A stretch of 64,000 nt of DNA, taken from assembly GCA_963575745.1 (NCBI GenBank), contig CAUYUJ010000270.1:372001-436000 (forward strand), given 5' to 3'. This DNA is from Prorocentrum cordatum. Lineage: Eukaryota. Of this stretch, positions 22,973-36,212 are shown piece by piece. Position 1 is the stretch's first letter. Every line of letters starts with the position of its first letter. The position numbers were made by a program, and so were the translations under genes. Below the pieces are notes generated by a model. The model was not told where the DNA came from and ran no database searches. It saw nothing but the letters and a program-made list of their open reading frames with translations.

Positions 22973-23269
22973 CATGGCATGCTGTGCAGTGTTGCGTTCT
23001 GCGTCGCTGTGCGATGCCACGCTTTGGCTTGCAATGCTTTGAGATGAAATGCTTCACTGCGCAATGCCACGCCATGCTATGACATGCTACGCTTTGCCGT
23101 GCTCTTCTACGCCATGCCATGTTGTGCTCTACCATGCATCGCGTACCTTCTCGCGATCATTGCCCTGCTCGACATCCGACTGTGCCACGCGGGAGGGAAT
23201 CTACGCCATGATAAGCGATGGGAGGGAGGGGTAGGACGTAAGATATGACGCGAGCGCACCTAGTTTGGC

Positions 23270-23470
23270 ATCCCCCCCTTCCCCCTCCTCCTCCTCCTCC
23301 TCATCATCATCATCATCATCATCCTCATCACCATCAGCATCAGGATCAGGATCAGCATCAACATCAGCATCAGCATCAGCATCAACATCATCATCATCAT
23401 CATCATGATCCTCATCCTCATCCTCCTCCTCCTCCTCCCCCCCACCCTCATCCTCCCCTTCCTCTTCCTC
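23270..23470. repeat. Compound (CCT)n/(CAT)n/(CAGCAT)n microsatellite
   Basis: Direct inspection. Confidence 0.9.
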
Positions 23471-24249
23471 TAGCCATTCTTAGGTTGTGGAGGTCTGATA
23501 GTGTTGCGAACGTTGAAACATTTAGATTGAGCAGCGGCAGAGCTAGGATTGCTCCTTGGACAATTGCGGGCCTGCATGTTGGTTCAAATCGGCATGTTCG
23601 AATTGTGCCCCATCTCCAGGCCGAGAAATCCAAAATCCGCTCCCTTCTCTTGTTCCTCGTCCTCCTCCTCCTCCTCCATTTCACTCCTTCTCCTCCCCCT
23701 CCTCCCCCGCCTGCTGTTCCTCCTCCTCCTCCTCATGCTCATCCTCCTCCTCCCTCCTCTTCCTCCTGCGCAGTCATCAAAGGAAGAGGGAGGGAGGTCC
23801 CGCAGCCCTTGAAAGGGTGGCCAACGGAGAGGACCTGTGTCACCTCACCTCGGCCGCGATCCACCCAAGCGAGGGCCAGCGACAAGGTCCCCCCTCCCAC
23901 TACAAAGGACGCTGGCCACAACCTATGAACTGCTGTGGCCCCCACCGCCCTGCCAGCGTGATCCACGACTTACCGTGGAGATACCTGCCCTGCGCAAGTG
24001 CATTGAACGTACGTGGCCCCTGAACGGAAGGACGGCGACTGCAAGCACTCTAGGAACAGACCCCCCCTGCTCCACAGACTGCGCAACTCATGAATTCGGT
24101 GCCCGTGGATAGGGAGATGGGAAACGCCTGGCGCGACACGTGCCCGCCACGGCGGAGGATGGTGGGAACCGCGCCAGCACGAACTAGCACGGGCGAGAAC
24201 AGCGACAGGCGGCGGCTTCACGGCAAAAGAGGGAATGGGCTCTGCGTTT

Positions 24250-26950
24250 GCCCGCTGCATTCGGACGTGCACCCAGTCAAGGTCGGCCAGATTCGATCCT
24301 GTGCGCCTGGCCCGAGACATGACAGACGAAACCACCTCGGCCTGGGAGCGGCGACCGCTGCGAAAACGCAACGAAGCACGGGCATAGCAGGCGGCTTCAT
24401 TGGCCGCCTTACCAACAAACAAATTGCCCGCGCACTGCCTCGCAATTTTCCGCCCCCGCCCAAGGTCAACAACAATGGCGTGACCTTGACCGTGTACAGG
24501 GGGAGGGCCTCGCCACCCCCGCGGTCTTCGATGGCGGCCCACACAATCATGCAAACGTCAGCCCACACATCTTTGGACAAGAGACAGCGCACCTTGCCAG
24601 GCTTGCGCACTCTGCCGAACACAAACTGCGACTGAGAAAGGCCCAGAATTCAACAGCGTCGCTATCGCACAAGCCTGACAGGAGGCCGCCAGTAAGCACC
24701 GCGGCCGACGCAGACCGATCTTCCGGAAGGGCAACGATGGCCCAGCCCAAAACTCTGGACCACGGGAGGGGGGGCCCAGTCCAGAAGACGAATTACCGCC
24801 CAGAAAAAAAAATCCCCGCCCAGGAACCCAATATGGCATTTAAGCCAGAGTTCGTGGGAAAGGGGGGGGGGGAACGGGAGGAAGGGCAAGCGTCGGCAGC
24901 AGCGCGCGCTCCACGAGAAGACGGGCGAGCGGGCGGGGATAATTTTCAGCATGGCGCTTGCCGCTGCGGGAGTCTCGGACTGGAGCACACCCTCGTGCCC
25001 CGCGCAAGCAACATGCCTGTGGGCGAGAGTTTCAAGGGCATCGATACACACCTGATACTCGACAGCATATGACCGTGGCGCGCTGCATGTCTCGATTGAG
25101 GCCACTGGCCCCCCGACGCAACAGAAACAAAACAATCCTTCTCGAGAAGCACGGGCTGTGTCGAGCATGGGCCATCGACTGCAATCTGGCTGTCCGAATT
25201 GCGCGGCAGCGCGCTGTCGACGCCAGGTGCCCGCAATCCTCTCGAGCGATCGGGCAGCGGTCCCAGGGCATAACTCTACTGGCGAGAAGCTGCCGTCAAT
25301 GAGGTGGGACCAGTTGAGCCCATCACGGGCAGCGTCGAGCCTGCGGACCGAAGCAAAAAAACTGGAACGAGGGGCCATGTGGCATTCCACGGCGAAGCGC
25401 GCCCTTCAAGAGCCCGGCAAGCCCGGTGGAGACAGGCGACGACGACGCCTCCTCGCACCCAAGACTCCCGAACAGCAGAAGAGAGGTGCAGGAGAGGCGC
25501 CGAGCGCAGGGCGCAGGCGGGATCTACCTTTCACGCCCGTCACGCGCAGCATAAATGCGACGTCTCGCTCAGGAGATGTTTGAGACTGGACGCGGGCCTG
25601 CACGAAACGCGCCCTGCGCCACTCTGTCTCCGACGTGCCCAGCACCCCGCGCCCGTGAGAGGTGGGGGATTGCGCGGCAGCGCGAGCCATATTGTGCAAT
25701 TGACACATGTGGACTTGAGTTGCACTTCCGGCAGCGTAGCTCACCCCCGCGCACCCCTCAGACTGGACCGCGAAAGCTCGGCGAGCTGAGAGCGGCGGCA
25801 AGCCTCCAACGCGCGAGAGGGGGCGGGCGCAAGCACTTGCTTCCGGGGCGGCTAACTGACAAAATGCACACTCTCAAGCTCGCCGCGCCAGAGAAAGGCG
25901 ACCTCGGCGGGGCACTGCCGAACTCGCTCCTCAGAGCCTGCCATGCGAACGACACAGCCGCACTACAACTCCGAGCGGCGCCTCCCGCGCCGCGCGCGCA
26001 GGGGGCGCGGCCCGCGCCGCGTCTAGAGGACCCAGAACAACTATCTGCACGGAAAGCACGGCACGCTGACAACCTGCGAGCACGGCACACGGGGCGGACG
26101 CAGGGGGCGAACTGACGCCGGCGCTCTCGGGCGCGCAAGGCCGCCGACGCAGGGCAATGATCAGCCGAAGCTGACGCGACGGAAAGCCCGACCTTCGAGC
26201 TGCCCCCAGCAAGATCCCGCGACGGATGCCCCCGAAAGCTTCGCGCGAATCGAGCAGGGCCGCGCCGCCGGCAGGATTGCGACTGACGGCCCGCTCGGCG
26301 GAGGCAGCCTGCGCCCGCGCCAGACGCTCCGAACCTCCCCGACGTCGACCACGGGGGCCCAGAAGGTCATCTTGCTGATAACACCTGAGCAGGGCGCGGC
26401 GAAGGCGCCCTTTGACACGGGGCCGCGCGAGGAGCAACGCAATGGGTCGAAGGCCCCCAGTGCGCTCGACGGGAGAAACAATCAATCAATCAAGACCATC
26501 GTCGCAGAGCCCTGAGGGCTCGCGAGGGCTGCCCCAGTAGAAACCCTCGTCGCAAAACTCTGAGAGCTGACGAGGGCTGCTCTGGCCGAAGCCCGACCCG
26601 CTGGTGGGCTTGATAGAAGTGAGACATTCGAGCAAATCTGATATGCTGAAATCGGGCAACGGCGGGCCCATCTGGCGGGCAAGTCGAGACAATCCTTCGG
26701 CTCCCCGACCTACCAGCGCCGACTCCGAGCCATTTCAGAAGCTGCGTCCTCTGCGCGCGAGACGCAGGCACTGGCCTTGAAACTCCCGCATCCGAGAAGG
26801 TCGAGCTGAACTGCCGCGGCGCAACTGGCATTGCGTTGGAATAGAGAGCCCCGCCGCCAGCGCTGCTGCGGCTGCGGGCCCACTCGCGCCACTTTCGATC
26901 ACTGCGCCGCTCGGCGCGGTGCTGGTGAGACCGGGCAGCAGCGCAAACCT
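24250..26950 (-). mobile_element. Highly degenerate LINE relic: RT + RNase H
   Basis: RT: TGGLRPIALL, ALLDSREAF..I, A..SGFP. Then ETLAHRHVAC. RNase H-like: GWAIV..G.L.G..VEFWA, WADVCMIVW, VKV, GNLFVGKAANEAA. Confidence 0.65.
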
Positions 26951-27479
26951 CAGTGATGTCATTCTACTGGCGAAGCTTTTGACGACAAAACGTAATTCAA
27001 AAAAATAAACGCTTAAACGGCAATTGATCGGTACAGCGTTGGACGAATCGCGGCTGACCGAACGCGAGCGCGCGAGCGCCCGCGCGACGCTCCTTGCTGC
27101 AAGCTGATGCCCCGATTAGGACCACGATAACAGCGTTTGGCGCGCAAGGGCGCGGACCGAATTGCCTACCAATCGCGACGTTGCGATCAGGAACCGCCGC
27201 GCCAATGACAGCGGCAGCGGTGATAATCGAATAAACACCTGGGAGCAAGTGGCACTGCCACAGCGACATCAAAGGCGCCCTTGCGTTCAATAACACATTG
27301 AAGGTCGCGCAACCACGCGCGAGCCCCATGCGACACTACAGCGCGCAACAGCATGATGAGCGGAGAAGTAGACAAGCAAAACGCGATGTGCGTGCCGGCG
27401 CGCGCTAACCTACAACCGCGGGCTCGCACGTGCGCGCGCGCATGTTCGAGGGCGGTGGCATCGCCAGAAGTCGCGGCGC

Positions 27480-27925
27480 GATGGCAACTGGTTGTGCAAA
27501 TTTGCAGGTCGCCAGGCGCACTTCTGAAAGTTCTCGGGGACGCAAAACCATAATGAAAACCTCGCTGCGCATCCAAAGCGACGCGATCACGCGAGACGTA
27601 CTTTCGCGTGAGACACCAGGGAGGCGTCGGCAACGTGGCGGCGGGCAGGAACGCATTAAATTGCGTTGCCGTGTTTGCGCACCCGGGCCCCCCTGTGAAT
27701 TTTTGCGACCAGTGCGGGTTCGCGAAACAGGAGAGCATCCACTACACCAGGTATGGTGGAATGGCCCCTGCTAATAGTGTGGCGCGCGAGTGGGCCAGGC
27801 AGGGCAATTATTTTTGCGCCGCGTGGGCCGACCATGATTGCCAGGAAGATTATGCATTCACGCAGGAGGATATCGACGGGCTCGGACAGGACCCGAAATT
27901 ATTGGATACCTTTATGCTTTCGCCA
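27480..27925 (+). pseudogene. Fragment of an uncharacterised protein-coding sequence
   Basis: Protein-like stretch FCDQCGFAKQESIHYTRYGGMAPANSVAREWARQGNYFCAAW...FTQEDIDGL; no complete ORF; truncated by a repeat array. Confidence 0.4.
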
Positions 27926-27944
27926 GGCCCGCCGATCTGCAAGG

Positions 27945-28290
27945 ACCCATGCTGGATCGTGGTCCACGTGGCGGCGCCGCCTCATGTTGGCGCACCCCCC
28001 CCCGTTTCGCGGCCCCACATGGAGGTCCACCGAAGGCCCCAATGGCATGGCTCCATGGCGGCGCCGCCCATGCGGGCGCACCCCTCGCACGGTCGTGGCC
28101 CCGCATGGAGCTCCACTGACGGCCCTGCTGGCAGGGTCTACATGGCGGCTGCGCCCCATTCGGGCGCACCCCTCGCTCGGTTCGCGGCCCCGCATGGAGT
28201 CCCACCGGAGGCCCTAGTGGCGTGGTCCACATGGCGGCGCCGCCCCATCTTGGCGCGCCCCCCACGCATCCGCGGCCCCACGCGGTACCC
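27945..28290. repeat. ~87-bp degenerate tandem repeat x4 (CATGGA...CCACATGGCGGCGCC...GGCGCACCCC)
   Basis: Units start near 28015, 28100 and 28190; a solitary copy lies at ~30150-30220. Confidence 0.75.
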
Positions 28291-28789
28291 GCAGCTGCAT
28301 ATGGTTGGGTATTTCGCCAGGCTTATTGAGTCCAAATCATAATCGGCCTTTGCGAGGCCCCGTGGGCGACCGCGAGGGACACTTCGAGTTTCTTGACATG
28401 CGCGGCCGCCCGCCTCTCGGCGCGAAGGAATTGAGTTACGTCGCCTGCGTGCTGCGTCACGCGCGGGGCGGACTTCATGAGCACTGTGCCCGCGGAGCAT
28501 CCCGCGTACGCTTGCGACGCTGGCATCGAGGCTACAGATTGGAGACCAAAGGCGCCGCGATCACTCCGGCGCCCGCTGTGCGTGGATCCGTCGGGACACG
28601 TACTCTACAAGCAAATGCCTTTCTCATGTCGTCATCATCTGCTCTTGCCGCCCCCCTCGCATCCCCCCCGCGCTGTTCTTGCCGCGCCCTGGTTCGCGTT
28701 CCTTTTTGTTCTCCTTCTGCGTTGCGTGCGTGCGCCCTTGCTGCCATTCGACCCGTCTGCCCCCCTGCGTCCATGCGCTGCGGGCGGCG

Positions 28790-28922
28790 CCCAGCCGACA
28801 GAAAAAAACGATTGCCCCGACAAAATTGACCGACAAAAAACCGAACCGCCCGACAAAAACAACAATCCCGACAAACAATCGGCCCGACAAAATGGGCCGA
28901 CAAAAAAAAAAAAGTGGCCCGG

Positions 28923-29016
<94 letters not shown>

Positions 29017-29230
29017 AAAAAAAAAAAAAAACGACGGCCGCGACAAAAGATCTGACCGACCCAAGAAAGTGTCGCGACAAAATCGTTCCTGGCTTTCGCT
29101 GCGGGGCGGATTCATTGAAATTTCACAGTTAGGATGCGCCCCCGCTGGACCCCGCGGCAATTTTGTCCGACGGTCCGGGTGGAGATTCTGTCGGTCTGTT
29201 TGGTTGGGCGGTTTGTCGAAGCAGTCTGGT
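28790..29230. repeat. CCGACAAAA motif cluster with ~110-nt poly(A)
   Basis: About 9 CGACAAA motifs around an A-run at 28923-29031; reverse TGTCG/TTTTGTCC motifs at 29160-29220. Confidence 0.8.
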
Positions 29231-31699
29231 GCGCCCACGAGGTCGCGCCGCGTTCGCCGGGCGATTCGCGGCCCTAACGGGAGCGCAGTAGCATCGCGCG
29301 GCGACGGGGGGGGGGACATGGCGGCGCGGTGGGGGGGGATGAGGAGGAGGAGAGAGATTGGCAGGAGGAGAAAGAAAACGATGAGGAGGAGGAAGAGGGC
29401 GAGGGGACATGGCGGCGGGCATCCCCGACATCAGCTTGCCTGGCCCAACCCTTCGGGGGGGGGGGGGGCGTCGGTCGGCCAGGGCGAACGCTGCGTGGAG
29501 CTCGCCCCAGGAAGTTCCCAGGGGAGATTCGGGGGTGCGCGAAGGCTTTGGTATTCCGATGCCTGTGGCAAACCCCGCCGCTATGCCTGCGCTGTGGGTC
29601 GCAAGCCTTTTGGGCGTTGGTGCAGGTTTCGCTTTTTTTGTGCGAGGGGATTTCCAAGATGCCTTGGGGGCTTTCGTGCAAAACTTGCAAGGCATTGTGG
29701 ACGTTCTCGGCGGCGTCATGGGCCTTCAGGCGGCACTCGTGGGAGCCTCGCAGGGGCGTCGCGGAGAAATTTGGGCCCTGCTGCGGACAAGTTGGGGCTG
29801 CTGGTTGACGCTATGTCTCACGGTTTTCCCTCATATTCCAACCCTCTCCCTTTATCACCCTTCCTTCCTCCTCCCTACTAACTCGCCCACCCCCCCCCTG
29901 CCCCATCCCTCCCCTTTTCCCTGGCTTTCCCCCTCCCTGGCCCTCCTTCCCCCTTTCCCACATCTTCCCCTCCCCCTCCCACCTCGCCCTACTAACTCGC
30001 CCCCCCCTTCTTCCTGCCCCGTCGTTTCTCTTCCCCTCTCCCTTCCTCGTCGTCGCCCTCCTCCCCCCCCCCTCTTCTCCCTTTTTTCTGTTCCTGCCCC
30101 TCCCTGTATAATTTCTCTGTTTCGGCACGCCCAACACATCGCTCCGCGGCCCCATGGGGTGCACCGGAGGCGCCAGTGGCAGGGTCCACATGGCGACGCC
30201 GCTCCATTTGAGCGCACACCATCACGCGGCTTGCAGCCCCAGAGGGATCTCCACCGCAGGCCTCAGCGGCAGGGTCCGCCATCTGGACAGCAGAGGGGAA
30301 CTCGAACGCGGCGCGCCGCGGCGCGCTTCGAAACGATGTTGGGCACAATGGCATGTTTACCGCAACGCCGCGAATTTGTTAGCCGCCCCGCGCGGGTGAT
30401 GCCGAACGCGCGCGTGTGCTACCGCATGTGCGCCGCCGGAGCTAAGTTTCCGACTTCGGTCGTGAATTGTAGCGCGGGCGCGTGTCAGGCGCCCTCGACG
30501 TGTCACGTAGGCCCGCGCGCTGGGCGCCCACGCAAACATGTCATCCTACTACTCTCGCGTAGTGCAGCGCTTTCGTTGCAGCGCGGTTCGCCGAGGGCGC
30601 TGGTGCGTCGCCGAAAGCGACAGCCAGGTTCCTTTGACAGGAGGACTGGTAGGGAGGGGTGGAATGGGAGGTGCGCGCGAACGAGGGGGGGAGGGGCAAT
30701 GCGGCGAGGAGGAGGAGGGCGAGGCGGAAGGCGTGGATGAAACGGGGAAGGGGAGGGTGGGGAAATTGAAGGCGGTTCAGGGGGGCCGGGGGCGCTCAGG
30801 GCCCCTCTTGGGGCCCTCTCGGAGCCGCCCCGGGGCTCTCTACGAGCCTCGGAAGGCACCGAAATGGCCCCAAGATAACCCCGAGAGAGCCCCAAGAGAG
30901 CCCTAAGAGAGGCCCTGAGGCGCGTGGACTGCGGCCTGCATGCGGTCCGCGCACTAGCACGAGCGATTGAATCTGAAAGGGCAAGGCGTGGCACGTGCGT
31001 CATGAAAACGCGGCACGCGGCAGAAATAATTATGAGAAGGACACTCGCGCGCTTCGCGTGCGTCCGTCGACCGAAATTGCTAAATCAGGGCAATGGCGCG
31101 GCGACGACCGCGTTTGTCTCCACCAATCAATAATTCAAAAAAATGCAAAACAAATTTGTCGAGGCCCTGGTTTTGTTTCCTGGTGGAGGAGGGACCCGAC
31201 AAACCTCCGACGCACTGACGCGGCGACCCCCCGACCCAAGCCAGCCGCCGCACGCTTGGAGACCCATCCAGGCCCCAGAAGCGCTAGGGGCAAGAACCCA
31301 GCGCAACGAAGCAGCTGCTGACAAGCATTGGAGGTATCACCCCGATCACTGCGTTTGGAGAACCTGGGAAGCTCGCCCGGGGCCTGGCAGAGAAAGGGAA
31401 ACCACGCGGCACCGCTGGAGGTCTTGGGTCGCAAAAACTAGCGGGCAGCGTGCTCTGCGACGGCGTGCTCGCAGGGGACAAGCGCGTCCGACGTGCATGC
31501 TGCGCTCATCGCCGAAGATATGGTAGATCTCGGGAAACTCTTGCTCCGTCTCAGTGACGGAGCCATGCCGGACCTCCGCGACATCGGAGGACCGCTCAGC
31601 GAATGCACGCGCCTGCTGCCAGCGCGCCGCAGGAACGCAGCACCTGCGAGGGCTCAGCAGCGGGGGCGGAAGCGACGGACAAAATCTGACATTCGGAAG

Positions 31700-32370
31700 C
31701 GCGATTCGAGACTTGCTGCCGCGCGCAACCTGCGCCGGTCTGCGCGGTCTGGCCCCCGCGGCCGCCGGCGCTTTCGCGACGGCGCGATAGCGCAGACTGT
31801 GCGATGCTGCAAACCAATCCAGCGCGCGCGCCGCACCCTGTGAACATGTAGCGATGGTGGGCACCTGCGGCGCAGTTCCCGGGGTGTCGGGCCATCCCGA
31901 TCCCTGCACTTCCTTCGGCGCGTGTTCCACTTCCCCCGCGATGGCGAAGGGTCGTCCGCACCTGTGAAGACCGCCTCCAGGGCCGCCAGCAGCTGCCAAT
32001 TCTGCGAATGCAAAACCTTGGGACCCATGGCGATGCACGTTGGCCCAGCGCACGCCTCCAGGAACAAGGGCCAGCATATGCAGCAACCGCACTCGAGCCG
32101 CTGCAATCCTGGAACTCTGCTGCAGTAGCTCGGAGAGGCCGAACCTGCGCTGCACCCTCTGGAAGAGCCTTCCAACGGCGCCTCCTGACGCGGTGGAGCT
32201 CGCGGCCAAGTCCTGGTTGACCACCCCAAATTTCGAAGACGGGTTCCCCTGCCCTCAACATGACGCGCGCGATGCTCCTGCACTGAGACCGCGCAACTGT
32301 CAAGCACCTCGTGGCACTCGAGAAGACGCCCTAAGCCGGTGCGACTTGTGGCGTTAAACGAGATGAGCAC
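31700..32370 (-). mobile_element. Degenerate LINE APE endonuclease fragment
   Basis: VSVQEH, PFAIAGEVEHAP (GDWN-like) and ATC...RALDWFAAS in order. Confidence 0.55.
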
Positions 32371-33399
32371 GTGCTGACGGTTAGGAACTCAGCTGGCCGG
32401 CGCGAACACGATTGGCACGATGCCCCTGCATGGGCGCGGCCAGGCCCACGCAGGGCCCGCGAAACATCTGCGTGGACGGTCGTTGCAACACCTCCTTGCC
32501 CCTCGGGGACGCCTTTCTCGTCGACGGAGCAGCGTCGCCGCCGCCATGGCCGCCGCTGCCACCCGCCGGGGCGGCGGCGTCGCTCGGCGGGGCGGCTGCG
32601 GGCGGGGCCGCCTGCTGACTCGCCTCCTCCTCCTCTTCCCCCCCCCCCCCCCCCGCCCCCCCCTCATTCCCCTGCGCCGCCCCGCCCATCCCCCCCGCCC
32701 CCCCCCGGGCCCCCTCCCCGAGGCGCGCGCCATAGCGCGCGGGTCAGCGCCCTGCCCTGCGAAACTTGAAAGCAACTCGCGGCCGGCGCGCCTGCGAGCT
32801 CGACGGTCCGGGAGATTCAGAAGGCCGAATCTCGGCGCGAAACCGCATGCCCCGAAAATGAATACTGCCATAAATAATCCAGCCCCGCGAGCACCCCCCC
32901 AAGTCAAAGGCCAGGAGCGCGCGCGACAATTTACCAGATTGGCCCCCGGTCGCGGCGCCGGATTTGGCAAGGGAGACGCCGTCGACAGCGCTGTCGACCG
33001 ACACCCGCCTCCCCAGCCCACGCCCCCCATCCACCTCCAGCGCCCGCCCCGCGCGCCCCGCCCGCGCCGGCCAGGGCGGCGAGGGCGGGGGCGGGGTAGG
33101 CGAGGCAGCGGCCGCGGCCCCCGACCACCGCCGAACGAACGTAGGCCCTCTCGTCAGTCGCGAGAGGAGGCCGCCTAGAGAGCAAAGGTCAGAGAGGACG
33201 GGCTCGATCAAACATTCCATGTCGAACCCAGGGCAGTCAAGGCTCTCGGCCACGCACCTCCGCTGCCAGGGGTCGCGCGCCCGATCGACTAGCGCGCGCA
33301 GGCCGCGCAAGCAGCTGGCCGCAAGGTCACAGACCCCCCCCCCCCCCCCCCTCCCCGCGGCAAAGGACAGGCTCGGAAATCCTCGACGCCAATCCCGAG

Positions 33400-35950
33400 G
33401 CGGCCACGAGCGGCCAGAAAAGCAACGCACGAACATCTCGAGACACCCTGCCACAAGCTGGATCTCTATTGCTGGGCCTTGGCTCGCGCACACTGGAGGG
33501 CCCGCGGGGCGACGCGCCGGGGCCGCCGCGCTTGCTGCCGCGCCGCGAGCGCGGCGCAGAGAGGCTCCGCATTGGCTTTGTAAATGCGACCCACGCGCCT
33601 GCCAGGGGCCAGGAGGAGGCGAGAGCGAGATTATGCAAGGTCTTTCCGGAGGCTAGCCGCGCCACCTAGGAAGCGGGCCTTGTCTCAAGCAGCGAGTGGG
33701 TCATGCCTCAGAATTTGCGAATGCAGCCCAGCCCCAGCAGCCACTAGCCTTCTTTTCTTCTCTCGCACGGGGCTCTCCACCGAAACGCTGGAGGCCGACG
33801 TCATCCACCACCTTCGACAGGGCAACTGACGGGGCCACAGCACGCACTGCATCCATGGGCCCCAGCATGACCAATTGGAGCATCGAAATGGCAAGGAGAC
33901 ACAACCAGGGACCACGCTGCGCGCCGACGCAATGGGCCCAGACGCATAGGCGCCCACGTCTAACATAGGGGGCACGCGATGCAAACTTACAACAAACAAA
34001 CTAATAGGGGAAACCTGCGCTCTGCACGGTAACCATGACATGGCGGCGCCGGATGAGCTGCCGTGCTTTCCGAGGGCCATCAACACCGTCCCCGACGCCG
34101 CCCCACGGCCATGAGCCCACTCGGCCCACGCTGCCTGCGCCCAGACGCACTTATCACAGGCCTTGCCTTTGGCTCACCACTCGAAATTTGCATTCTGCCA
34201 TCCATGGATCCGATGCTTGCGCAATCGACACAATACCCTATCAAGGATGCGCAAGAGCGCAAAGGGTCAAAAAAACCAAGCCTGTCGGCCAGGGAAAAAC
34301 TCTGTTTCGAATGACTGGTCACTCGCGTCGCAACTCAATAAGGCGCACGGCTTCGGTCCTAGAAGCAAATAGCAAACGGAGAGGGTTCGCACAATCGCGC
34401 CCCCCGCCCGCGGAGGGCCAGGGGGATCTCAAAACACGCGCTAGCTGCGCGGCAGAGGGCATAGGAGGCGCCTCGAGAATGCAGGCCACGAGCGGGGTGG
34501 GGGGAAGCTTTCGAGACGCACCACCAGGCCTCCCACCCCTGACGTGGCTGCCGAGCCTGCTCCACCGAAACCATGGGGCGAGTGACCTACCGCGACCTCA
34601 GCTGGGGTCCAACCTGCATAAAAAAGGCGCACCTGTGCAACGCTGAGGCCCCTTGCTCATTCGAGTGCCCCTCCACAAGCCTCAGAAAGTCTCTCTTTCT
34701 TGCGCCGGCTGGTTTGCGCAGCCCCGTCGTCCTCGCACTGGGCAAAGGCCTTCTAGAGGTCGGTCTCGGCTGGTCCGAGATCGGGATATTGCGGGAGCTT
34801 GGCGCGAGAATCTGCAACCTGACGACGTCGCGTCAGCGCCGCGGTGTCACGGGGCCGGCCAAGACGCCGCCGTCGCGAAACATCGACCCAGCCTCCGCGG
34901 GAGACGAGCCTGTCCAAGAGCGACTGCGCCCTCCCTCTCCAGCAGGCGGCCCCGCGGAACACGGCTGGCGCGGCACGGCAAACATGGCCGCGGGAGGCGA
35001 CCCGGGGCCAACGCGCTTCTCGCGGCCGACAAGGCAGACATCGAAGATGTCGATCCACATCCGTTCGGTCGCGCGCCTGCCCCCGTGCGTCCTGGATGCT
35101 GGCGTTAGGCGCCCGCGCGCTCTCTGCGATGGCATCCCGGGAGGGCACCTGGAACTCGCGACGGCAGCCAATAGGCGCTGCTCGGGGGAACTCCCGCGAC
35201 CGCGCTACGACGCGAGGCGCGGCCATCCGCAGACCCGCGGGTCGACGAAGACTACTCTCAACATCTCTTAGAATCTGAACCGGCACCCCCTCGGCAAGGA
35301 AACTGCTGGCCACGAGATAATCCACGGCCCTCCCAGACGACCTGACCGCACCCCTCTCGGGGGCAAGGATCGTCGCTCCAACGCCTGCGGCCCTGCCCGC
35401 CTCGCCCAGCCCCTCTGGCGCGACCTGCCAGTCCGCGCCGAGCGCGAAGGGCGGCCCGGCCTGCTTCCACTCGCGCCCGGCCTCGCAGATGATGCCGCAG
35501 CCGCGCTGGCCGAAGTCCTCGGAACGACGTGGGCACAACGCGCCGACGATCGCCCCACCTCTGGGCATATGGCCCGGGCGCAGGAGCAGCGCGCGCCCCG
35601 CGCAGATTGCGGAACGCACGCGCGGCGGTTGATTGAGCCCGCGGCGCGCGGGCGCGGCGGATATCGCGCCGCCCGCGAGCCCCGCCGGGGAGCTACTTCC
35701 ACCCAGTGCCTCGCGCGGAGCTGGCTCCGTGCGCGCCCCCCAGCCTGCCCTTCTCATGGCCCGCCGCGGAGACGCAGGGCCCTCGCCTTCCACTCTGAGT
35801 CGGCGATTGCGCTCCCCGGCCAGAACTCCGGCCCCCGCGCGCAAACGCACCCCGCATAGAACGCGCCGGATCTCGGGCCAGCGGGCCAGACAGCGGCGCG
35901 CGGGACGGGCCGTCGTGAACGACAGGGACCCCCGGGCGCATCCGCTGCGT
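33400..35950 (-). mobile_element. Degenerate LINE relic (APE + very decayed RT)
   Basis: PFALGADWQ, GRAVDYLVAS (APE); weak RT traces downstream (EPK, MLDVGAY, WPRQL). Confidence 0.45.
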
Positions 35951-36124
35951 CAGCTGGGAGCGCGCGGGGCACCCCCGCCCGCGGGGCCTGCGGCCCCACC
36001 CGCCTGGACCTAGCGAGACGCCGCGACGCTCGTCGTCCGCAGTGACCTCCAGCGTGGGGGGGGCTCAGAATACCCTGGGCCTCCACCTTCCGTGCTATCC
36101 GCGTGGCTGGTGCGGTTGGTAAAT

Positions 36125-36212
36125 CATGTCCGTGTTTGTCCGTTTATGTCCTCGAATGTCCTTAGATGTCCTCGGATGTCCTTAGATGTCCCTGGTGCCC
36201 CTGTTTGTCCCT
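36125..36212 (-). repeat. GATGTCC(C/T) 10-bp array, inverted relative to 38130-38480
   Basis: TGTCC units, reverse complement of GGACA. Confidence 0.75.

Noticed and set aside
23468..23485. TAGCCATTCT leader-like fragment
   Set aside because: Too short and diverges immediately; expected by chance
28532..29881. Poly-Lys / poly-Phe ORFs
   Set aside because: Caused by the poly(A) run
29409..30740. 443-aa ORF with hydrophobic N-terminus
   Set aside because: Runs through a polypyrimidine tract and a dispersed repeat; no coherent protein signal
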